From a bacterium (GTDB lineage Bacteria; Patescibacteriota; Microgenomatia; CAZETR01; Amesbacteraceae): a stretch of DNA of 53,707 nt. The stretch spans positions 1 through 53,707 of the forward strand of contig JAUSIY010000044.1 in assembly GCA_030647735.1 (NCBI GenBank), given 5' to 3'. Shown one piece after another: positions 46,781 to 53,707 of this stretch (its first letter is position 1; each line of letters opens with the position of its first letter). The position numbers and the translations under genes were made by a program. The notes under the pieces were generated by a model. It was not told the DNA's origin. It saw only the letters and a list, made by a program, of their open reading frames with translations, and did no database searches.

Positions 46781-47014
46781 TTATTCTCCTAGTAAGTAGT
46801 ACAAAGCTAGAACGACTGAGACTACTCCGACTGCCATCTGCACACTGACTCCGTAAACTGACCATTTAAGTAATGGTTCCATTTGAGTCGGCAACATATG
46901 CGCCAGTCCTCCTAAGAGTAAGAGCGACCAGCCAACGGTAGCCCACAGTTCACCTTTGGGCGCAGGATTTGGTAATGATGTAGTTTTAGTTGATTTTTTT
47001 ACTGCCACTTCCAC
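46781..47014 (-). CDS. hypothetical small membrane protein (77 aa)
   Basis: Two hydrophobic helices. No family recognised. Confidence 0.4.
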   Translation of the reverse strand: MEVAVKKSTKTTSLPNPAPKGELWATVGWSLLLLGGLAHMLPTQMEPLLKWSVYGVSVQMAVGVVSVVLALYYLLGE

Positions 47015-47061
47015 TCACCCCCTTTCACTCATCTTATATTAACTTAATGAGGTGGCGGTTT

Positions 47062-48051
47062 CTAGTTAGTCTTTCTTTCCATAGTCCTTTTAGCTGCGGC
47101 CACTATCGCCGGGGCGTCCATTTTGTATTTAGCCAACAGTTCTTCCGGCTGTCCTGATTCACCAAAACTATCCGGCATGCCCACAAATTCAATCGGAGTA
47201 GGTAAGTTCTGTGATAGTAATTCTGCAATCGCTCCCCCCAGGCCCCCATGAACCTGGTGTTCTTCCACGGTGACGACAGCTCCACAATCCCGGGCTACTT
47301 TCAACAGGGTTGGTTTGTCTAAAGGTTTGAGAGTATGACAATTAACTACTACTGCTTTAATACCAATTTCAGCCAGTTCTTTAGCAGCAACTAATGATTG
47401 GTAAACTAATGGACCACAAGCAATAATAGCTACGTCATTTCCATGATTTGCTAGGATTTCAGCCTTGCCGATTTCAAATGGAGCGGCGTTAGTTGTAATC
47501 ACGGGGGTCTTCTCCCGAGCCAGTCGCAGATATACCGGATGGTCAGTTTTAGCTGCTGCCACAGTCGCCTTTCTGGCCTCAATAGCGTCACAGGGATAAA
47601 CCACCGTCATGTTAGGCATTACCCGCATAGTGGCCAAATCCTCTAAAGCTTGGTGGGTGGCCCCATCCGGACCGACCGTTAACCCCCCGTGAGCTCCGGC
47701 TATTTTGACCGGTAAATCATTTAAGGCAATTGTGGTTCTGATCTGCTCCCAATTTCGTCCTGGGGAAAAAGCGGCATAGGAGCTAATGAAGGGAATCTTT
47801 CCGTAATTGGCCATTCCGGCAGCTACTGTAGCCAAACATTGTTCGGCAACTCCCACCTCCACAAATCTGTCCGGAAATTTTTTCTTAAACAGATCCGATT
47901 TAGTGGATTCGGTTAAATCGGCGCACAATACCACCACCCGCCCGTCTGCCTCTCCCGCTTCTACCAATCCCTCTCCATACCCCTGCCGCGTCGGGGCAGT
48001 CTCTACATCTTTATCAAAAAGTTTGGGATTCTGTTGTTTATTCATAGTCAT
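47062..48051 (-). CDS. transketolase, C-terminal (pyrimidine-binding plus C-terminal domain) subunit
   Basis: TRQGYGEGL..., VGVAEQ, GPDGATHQALEDLA and VEEHQVHGGLG are typical of split transketolase subunit B. Confidence 0.9.
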   Translation of the reverse strand: MTMNKQQNPKLFDKDVETAPTRQGYGEGLVEAGEADGRVVVLCADLTESTKSDLFKKKFPDRFVEVGVAEQCLATVAAGMANYGKIPFISSYAAFSPGRNWEQIRTTIALNDLPVKIAGAHGGLTVGPDGATHQALEDLATMRVMPNMTVVYPCDAIEARKATVAAAKTDHPVYLRLAREKTPVITTNAAPFEIGKAEILANHGNDVAIIACGPLVYQSLVAAKELAEIGIKAVVVNCHTLKPLDKPTLLKVARDCGAVVTVEEHQVHGGLGGAIAELLSQNLPTPIEFVGMPDSFGESGQPEELLAKYKMDAPAIVAAAKRTMERKTN

Positions 48052-48440
48052 TTAAAGGAGTACCAAACTAAGCCAGTAATTTGCACCGCTGGAATTGCCC
48101 GTAAGTGACTTTTTTGGTCAAACCGCACCAGAACAAACCCCAGAGGGACAAACTCTTCTTTGAGTTCTTCGTTAGACATGTAGTAAGTCTTTTCAGAAAC
48201 TCTATCCCCGGCAACCGCTGATACTTCCGCAATGGAACTCAATTCGGGCTTGTAACTAAAAGTGACTACGTCTCCGGGGTGAATTTGACGAAAAAGGGCG
48301 TATTTAGAAATCACCAAAACTTCCTGGCCATTTTTATAAAGACCAGGATTTCCCCCTTCTATTTGGGTGGGATTTGCAACAAATTTATACACCAGAAAAA
48401 GGACCAATAATACCAACAGGGCCTTTATTACATTATTCAT
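48048..48440 (-). CDS. signal-peptidase-I (S26)-like protein lacking the catalytic Ser/Lys
   Basis: TM anchor and S26-like blocks (VLVISKYALFRQIHPGDVVTF, VAGDRV, VPLGFVLV). The SM(x)P Ser position reads GGNPG and the KRV Lys position reads AEV. Confidence 0.45.
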   Translation of the reverse strand: MNNVIKALLVLLVLFLVYKFVANPTQIEGGNPGLYKNGQEVLVISKYALFRQIHPGDVVTFSYKPELSSIAEVSAVAGDRVSEKTYYMSNEELKEEFVPLGFVLVRFDQKSHLRAIPAVQITGLVWYSFK

Positions 48441-49290
48441 GTTCGCTTTGGATCTTGCCTGCTAATGTCCGCAGTTCTGCTAGAGCTTCAATTGTTTCTC
48501 CAATGTTTGGCGGCTTGCCATGCCACTCGGGTAAATTTTCCATAAAGTCCACACCTTTACCGGGAATGGTGTGGGCAATAATTACTGTCGGCCGATCATG
48601 GACGGCTTTAGCCTCATCTACCGCGTCTACAATTTGGCGGATATTGTGACCGTCAATTTCTAAAACATTCCACCTAAAAGCTTTATATTTCTCCACTAAG
48701 GGTTCAATGGGCATGACATCTTCAGTAAATCCATCAATCTGAATGTTATTGCGATCTACTAAGGCAGTTAAGTTAGCCAGTTTGTATTTACCGGCAAACA
48801 TGGCTGCTTCCCAGTGGTTACCCGCATCGTGCTCTCCATCGGAGCAGAAAGCGTATACTCGAAATTTCTTACCGTCCATGCGGGCGGCATAAGCATAGCC
48901 ACTGGCTTGGGCCAGGCCTGATCCCAATGGCCCAGAAGTAGTTTCTACCCCCGGCAACCTCAGTCTTTCCGGATGGCCCTGTAACCGACTCCCCAGTTTT
49001 CTTAGAGTTAACAGCTCTTCTATCGGAAAGTAGCCGGCGTGAGCCATGGTGGCATAACGCACCGGACAAATATGACCGTTGGATAGAATTAATCTGTCTC
49101 TATCCGACCAGGAAGGGTCCTCTGGCTTGTGATTTAAGATATGGAAATAGAACGCCGTAAATACATCAGCCATTCCTAAAGGGCCAGCGCTATGGCCACT
49201 ACCTGCTTCCAAAAGCATTTTGACAATATCTTGACGGATTTCATTAGCTTTCAGTTCTAGCTTGATTATTTGATCGTCGGTTAGACTCAT
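48433..49290 (-). CDS. transketolase, N-terminal (thiamine-diphosphate-binding) subunit
   Basis: GSGHSAGPLGMAD, SNGH, GSLGSGL-like SGPLGSGLAQA and CSDGEHDAGNHWEA (a GDG-x-N-type TPP motif). Confidence 0.9.
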   Translation of the reverse strand: MSLTDDQIIKLELKANEIRQDIVKMLLEAGSGHSAGPLGMADVFTAFYFHILNHKPEDPSWSDRDRLILSNGHICPVRYATMAHAGYFPIEELLTLRKLGSRLQGHPERLRLPGVETTSGPLGSGLAQASGYAYAARMDGKKFRVYAFCSDGEHDAGNHWEAAMFAGKYKLANLTALVDRNNIQIDGFTEDVMPIEPLVEKYKAFRWNVLEIDGHNIRQIVDAVDEAKAVHDRPTVIIAHTIPGKGVDFMENLPEWHGKPPNIGETIEALAELRTLAGKIQSEHE

Positions 49291-49291
49291 A

Positions 49292-49561
49292 TTATTTATT
49301 GAAATCCACGTTTGCTAAAAGCAACTCGACTCTGTTAATTAATCTTGAGGTTGTAGTTGAACAATCCACTTGGATACAAGCCACTACGCTGCATTCCATC
49401 GGTCTTACATTTTCAGATTCAGTGAGATAACTTACCTCCCCACCACAGGTACAACAAGGTGTCCTGTCATATTGAAAATATCCAGGAGTTAAACTCATCC
49501 ACCCCATAAACCCGGTCAGTGTCAGCAAAATTGCGCCAAATAAAATTTTGATTATTCTCAT
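49292..49561 (-). CDS. hypothetical Cys-rich secreted protein (89 aa)
   Basis: Signal-peptide-like N-terminus and seven Cys residues (PCCTCGG, ECSVVACIQVDC). No family recognised. Confidence 0.4.
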   Translation of the reverse strand: MRIIKILFGAILLTLTGFMGWMSLTPGYFQYDRTPCCTCGGEVSYLTESENVRPMECSVVACIQVDCSTTTSRLINRVELLLANVDFNK

Positions 49562-50208
49562 ACCTGAAACGGTTTTTCAGCCGGGTTAAAAACGTGAGGT
49601 TCGTGTTCCAACATGTAGTTAAATACTTCTAATGTTTTGACTACTTCTTCAGGACTGTTGACTACCCGATATACTTGAAATTCTTCAGGGCGCATGCGCA
49701 TATTCGAAATGAAAGCCGCCATAATATTTTCCCAAAATTTGCCATACAGTAGCAATGGTTTGTGGTGACCAAAATATAGCCTGGCCAAACCCCAGGCCAT
49801 ACCAAATTCGGAAATCGTTCCCGTCCCGCCTTTAAAAATCACATAAGCCTGGCCCACATCTAATAATTTCAGGGTTCTCTCTAAATAATTATCAGTCTTA
49901 ATTTCTTCATCAATGGGGTTATTCTTGTCTTTACCTTCAAAGTTGGCTACGTTTTTAGGGTAAAAGGTAACTCCAATCACGTGTCCGGCAACGGACTTGG
50001 CCCCCTCTGTGGTCGCCCGCATGACTCCCGGACCGCCTCCATTGGCTACTGTATATCCAGATTGAGCCAAAGCCTTGCCCACCTCAAAAGCTTCTTTAAA
50101 CAAGGGATCCTCGGGAGTAGCATCAGCAAACCCTAGGCAACTGACGGTTTTAATTAACCTCTCTTCAGGTTTTATATCGGGCATTGAAACAATTTTACAC
50201 CAGATCAA
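49558..50208 (-). CDS. LOG-family (TIGR00730) nucleotide phosphoribohydrolase-like protein
   Basis: GGGPGVMRA and KGGTGTISE motifs (GGGxGxM / PGGxGTxxE). Confidence 0.8.
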   Translation of the reverse strand: MIWCKIVSMPDIKPEERLIKTVSCLGFADATPEDPLFKEAFEVGKALAQSGYTVANGGGPGVMRATTEGAKSVAGHVIGVTFYPKNVANFEGKDKNNPIDEEIKTDNYLERTLKLLDVGQAYVIFKGGTGTISEFGMAWGLARLYFGHHKPLLLYGKFWENIMAAFISNMRMRPEEFQVYRVVNSPEEVVKTLEVFNYMLEHEPHVFNPAEKPFQV

Positions 50209-50222
50209 TGTACAATTGCCCG

Positions 50223-50933
50223 ATGGGCTTATCTATAGTTATTCCTTGCTTCAATGAAGAAGATATTATTGGTAAATGTCTCACAAGCATTCTAAATCAA
50301 ACAGCTGCAGCCAATGAGGTTATTATCATTGATAACAATTGTTCAGATCGTTCTATGGAGATAGTAAAGCAATTTGTTGGCAAAATACCTAATTTGAAAA
50401 TTATAAAGTGCAAAGAGCAAGGTATTGTCCCTAGTCGGATTTTAGGCTTTTCGAAAGCCAACTATGAGCTAGTCGGCACTGTCGACGCGGATTCCATTTT
50501 GGATCAAAATTGGGTCAGTACCGGTCTCTCTTATTTTCAGCACCACCCCCATGTTATGGCCATTTGTGGGTCAACATACGCATATAGCAAGAACATAGCG
50601 TCCCTAATTGTAAACTTGGAAATATTACATATTATTTGGAAGTTTTTTCCTGCACTCAGAATGATGCCTGAATGTAATGGGATATTTAAAAAGCAAGCCT
50701 ATGACAAAGTTGAGGGGCTATCGCCTTACCCCAATCTGGCTAACAAATTGCATCTACAGGGGATCTTTGACGATTATTATCTATCAGTGAAGCTTAAAGA
50801 GGTGGGCCAATTAGATTTTGTTTCCCAACTGAAGGTTGTCAGAAGAAATAAAGACTCGCTCAAACTCGCATTTTTCCAATTGACCCAGTATCCCCAAATC
50901 TATCAATTCGTTCACCGTCGACTACCACTCTAG
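50223..50933 (+). CDS. GT2-family glycosyltransferase
   Basis: LSIVIPCFNEEDIIGKCL, IIIDNNCSDRS and VDADS (DxD-like). The start is placed at ATG 50223, because the ORF-track start at 50184 would overlap the divergent LOG gene. Confidence 0.8.
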   Translation: MGLSIVIPCFNEEDIIGKCLTSILNQTAAANEVIIIDNNCSDRSMEIVKQFVGKIPNLKIIKCKEQGIVPSRILGFSKANYELVGTVDADSILDQNWVSTGLSYFQHHPHVMAICGSTYAYSKNIASLIVNLEILHIIWKFFPALRMMPECNGIFKKQAYDKVEGLSPYPNLANKLHLQGIFDDYYLSVKLKEVGQLDFVSQLKVVRRNKDSLKLAFFQLTQYPQIYQFVHRRLPL

Positions 50934-51506
50934 GATCCGTTTCACCCCTACAGCCGCTTCATCGGCCCCTAATTTTTCCAGTTCTTCCAGATGTTCCTTT
51001 TCTATTCCCCCGTCAACACAAATGTGATACTTATAATCATGCTCATCTCTGAGCTGGGCGAGTTTCTGGACATCATCTTTGGCCGCAGACATAAATTCCT
51101 GCCCCCCAAATCCCGGCTCCACAGCCATCACCACCACCAGTTTTAAATTTGGCAAGTAAGGTTTAATCTGCTCTATGGGGGCATGGAAATCAAATCCCAA
51201 ACAATCGTACTCTTCCGGATGAGACAAGCTTTCCATTTGGGCAATTACCCGATCAAATCCAAACTTTCTGGCCATGAGAGACCACTCTAAAATATTGTTT
51301 TCGGTCACCATCAAATGAGCGTCGAACTTCAAGGGTAAAAAGGGGATAATATCGGTTTCCATGGGCTTAAAAGTAATGTTTTTCGCATATTCTCCGTCAA
51401 TAAAATCAATCTGCACCCGGTTAAATTTACGACTGTCCCTCACCTTTCTCAGCCAGCCATCCATTTCCAGAGGATCATCCGTCAATATGGCCGGGATTAT
51501 TTCCAT
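50922..51506 (-). CDS. rpe: ribulose-phosphate 3-epimerase family protein
   Basis: IPAIL, QIDFIDG, HLMV, MAVEPGFGGQEF and VDGGI motifs of the Rpe TIM barrel. Confidence 0.8.
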   Translation of the reverse strand: MEIIPAILTDDPLEMDGWLRKVRDSRKFNRVQIDFIDGEYAKNITFKPMETDIIPFLPLKFDAHLMVTENNILEWSLMARKFGFDRVIAQMESLSHPEEYDCLGFDFHAPIEQIKPYLPNLKLVVVMAVEPGFGGQEFMSAAKDDVQKLAQLRDEHDYKYHICVDGGIEKEHLEELEKLGADEAAVGVKRILEW

Positions 51507-51958
51507 TTAAAAGAAAAATCCTCTAAGGCCTGCAGCTGCGTATCTTCGAGATGAATTTCTGGCCGTTGGGATTTGATAAGCGTCACTGCCCGATCCACTG
51601 ACATCTGCTGATAACGGATAAAGTAGGCAGCTACCATGGTCGGACTTCTGCCGTGGCCATTTTTGCAATGGACATAAATTCTTTCTCCTAACTGCACCAT
51701 CTCGTTGATAGTGTTAGACCCTATTAACAATTGGTCGAGATTGGGGGCCATACCATCGGCCACGGGTAACCAAATATAAGCATTAAGATTCTGGGGTGGA
51801 GTCTCTGGACGTTCAGCTTCCAGATTAATTTCTCCTTTAATGCCCATGGTTTCAAATTCCTTGCCGTGAATTGGACAGACTAAACCGTCACATAAATCTG
51901 ACCCGATATAAATTAAATCAGTAATCTGCGAATATTCCATTTGGTGCCCGTCATTCAT
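51497..51958 (-). CDS. dual-specificity (Cys-based) protein phosphatase
   Basis: CX5R P-loop within VHCKNGHGRSPTMVAAY. Confidence 0.8.
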   Translation of the reverse strand: MNDGHQMEYSQITDLIYIGSDLCDGLVCPIHGKEFETMGIKGEINLEAERPETPPQNLNAYIWLPVADGMAPNLDQLLIGSNTINEMVQLGERIYVHCKNGHGRSPTMVAAYFIRYQQMSVDRAVTLIKSQRPEIHLEDTQLQALEDFSFKWK

Positions 51959-51964
51959 GTGTGA

Positions 51965-53083
51965 TTACTTTTTTAGACTAGCTGTTACCGGGTCGGTCGG
52001 AGCAGTAGTCTCAGCTAACGTTTGACTCACCCGGACAACCTGCTCTACCAGTCTATGAGCGTAAGCCCATTCATTATCGTACCAAGCCAGGACTTTGACC
52101 AAGTCGCCATCAATAACCTGGGTAAATTCCGGATCAATAATGGCGCTATAGGTGATACCGATAATATCTGAGGATACTAAATGCTCTGGAACACCATCGT
52201 GTCCGGCCACTCCCAGAATACCTTTATATACCGGGCTGTCTTTGGCCTCAACAAATGCCTGGTTGATCTGTTCTCTGGTAACTGGGACTTTAGTCACAAA
52301 AACAAAATCTGAAATGGATCCTGTTAGTACTGGCACCCGAAGAGAAATTCCATCAAATAAACCTTTGAGCTCGGGAATAACTTCAGTAGTCGCAATGGCT
52401 GCCCCGGTAGAAGTAGGCACAATGTTAGCTGCAGCTGCCCGGGCCCGCCGCAGGTCTTGATGAGACCCGTCCTGTAGAACTTGGTCGTCGGTGTAAGCAT
52501 GCACAGTGGTCATCATGGCTTTAAGAATGCCGAACTTAGCATGCATGACTGCTGCTACCGGCGTGACGCAGTTGGTGGTACAGCTGGCATTGGAAATAAC
52601 TTCTCCTTCTTTATATTCGTTTACCCCCAGTACATATGTGCCCACATTGCCGCCTTTGGCGGGAGCGGAAATTATCACCCGCTTGGCCCCAGCCTGAGCG
52701 TGCTTATTAGCTCCAGCTTCATCTGTAAACTTACCGGTACACTCTAGAACCACCGCCACTCCCAGTTTTTGCCAAGGCAGTTTAGCCGGATCTTTTTGGG
52801 CCAACACTGGAATTTTTAAACCCATACTAGCCACCAGTAGATGTCCAATTATGGGATCCTCGTCAGATGCTTCTTTAGTGCTTTTGGTTTTTTCGGCCGT
52901 GACTTCAATTTCAAATTTACGATATGAAGTATCGTTATTTACCAGGTGGGCCCACCCGTCTACCTCCATTGAGCCACTGGTATTAATAGCTGCAATTTCA
53001 AACTGATTATGGTGTTTTAGTAACCAAACCCTAAAGGCTAATCTACCAATTCTGCCAAAACCGTTAATTGCTACCTTAACCAT
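51965..53083 (-). CDS. gap: type I glyceraldehyde-3-phosphate dehydrogenase
   Basis: VAINGFGRIGR, the active site SNASCTTNC, and WYDNEW. It carries an insertion of about 17 aa (TAEKTKSTKEASDEDPIIGH region) and a C-terminal tail relative to E. coli GapA. Confidence 0.95.
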   Translation of the reverse strand: MVKVAINGFGRIGRLAFRVWLLKHHNQFEIAAINTSGSMEVDGWAHLVNNDTSYRKFEIEVTAEKTKSTKEASDEDPIIGHLLVASMGLKIPVLAQKDPAKLPWQKLGVAVVLECTGKFTDEAGANKHAQAGAKRVIISAPAKGGNVGTYVLGVNEYKEGEVISNASCTTNCVTPVAAVMHAKFGILKAMMTTVHAYTDDQVLQDGSHQDLRRARAAAANIVPTSTGAAIATTEVIPELKGLFDGISLRVPVLTGSISDFVFVTKVPVTREQINQAFVEAKDSPVYKGILGVAGHDGVPEHLVSSDIIGITYSAIIDPEFTQVIDGDLVKVLAWYDNEWAYAHRLVEQVVRVSQTLAETTAPTDPVTASLKK

Positions 53084-53087
53084 TACC

Positions 53088-53707
53088 TTATGATACCAAC
53101 GCCTCGATACCCGGTAAAGTACCGGTAGCTAAATACTCCAGCATTGCTCCCCCTCCCACAGAGATCCAGTCGAACTTATTAGTCAGGCCGTATTTAGCGA
53201 TGGCTGCTTCAATATCTCCCCCCCCAGCTACTTTGTAAGCCCCACTGCTGGTAATGCTGGTAAGAATTTCTTTTGTTCCTTTCTCAGCGTTGGCATCTTC
53301 AAATTTACCCATCACTCCGGCTGCCACTATCACCCCAGCCAGGGAAAGTTTTTCCTGATAAGAAGCAATGGTGGCGTCTGAAATGTCCAGTCCGTCCGGC
53401 CGCAGATCAATTCCGGGTAATAATCCTCCCCGCAGAACTTGGTCAAACTTTGATTCCAAAAGTTTGGCGTATTTTTCTTTGTCGGCCACCTTTGATCCGC
53501 CAATAACCAACACTTTCTGGCCGGATTGAGTGAGGATATTGGTCAGAGTGGCGACTTCTTTAGCAAACCTGGGGCCACAGTTTACATCCCGGCCCTGTTT
53601 TTTCATCCACCGAGGTAGTGCATCAATCGAAGTATGCTTCCGATGGCTAGTTCCAAAGGCCTCGTTAACATATACATCAAACCCTTCTGCCAGTTCAGCT
53701 GCCATTT
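53088..53707 (-). CDS. pgk: phosphoglycerate kinase, C-terminal part (5' end beyond the window)
   Basis: NEAFGTSHRKHTS, VIGGSKVADK, GGGDIEAAI and ISVGGGAMLEYL. The ORF runs off the window edge. Confidence 0.9.
   Translation of the reverse strand, partial: MAAELAEGFDVYVNEAFGTSHRKHTSIDALPRWMKKQGRDVNCGPRFAKEVATLTNILTQSGQKVLVIGGSKVADKEKYAKLLESKFDQVLRGGLLPGIDLRPDGLDISDATIASYQEKLSLAGVIVAAGVMGKFEDANAEKGTKEILTSITSSGAYKVAGGGDIEAAIAKYGLTNKFDWISVGGGAMLEYLATGTLPGIEALVS

Overview
This is a gene-dense window with standard genetic code and almost all genes on the minus strand. It looks like a small-genome bacterium of the Candidate Phyla Radiation / Patescibacteria (Microgenomates-like); that placement is an inference from 16S signatures and gene content. 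It contains one 16S rRNA gene (415-1896, minus) that ends in its own terminator and is followed by a protein gene, so it appears unlinked from 23S/5S. There are three tRNAs: two with a CAU anticodon and one rare Ile-UAU. Recognisable genes include a trxA-trxB-dsbA redox operon, pth, an archaeal-type ATP-dependent DNA ligase, Fic, recF, mutM, a stand-alone 5'-3' exonuclease and ftsH. Also present are trpS plus a stand-alone tRNA-binding domain, a Xer-type recombinase, a VirD4/TraD-like ATPase, and nrdR-nrdJ with a PduO adenosyltransferase. Two tandem class A PBPs and a glycolysis/pentose-phosphate cluster (pgk, gap, rpe, split transketolase, class I aldolase, PfkB kinase) complete the set. I found no CRISPR array, prophage or clear mobile island. 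The strongest unannotated signals are these. (1) A compact T-box-like antiterminator/terminator switch lies in the unusually long trpS leader. (2) A -10 hexamer recurs 5-7 nt upstream of ATG, implying widespread leaderless mRNAs. (3) The tRNAs are atypical: all three lack U55, and one CAU tRNA has a reduced D-arm. (4) The DsbA-like protein is circularly permuted. (5) Several orphan proteins carry motif-level hints: a clan-CD-like His/Cys dyad next to recF, an Rx4H HEPN-like protein in a four-gene orphan operon, and a 656-aa orphan. All functional calls rest on motifs read by eye; no database search was run.
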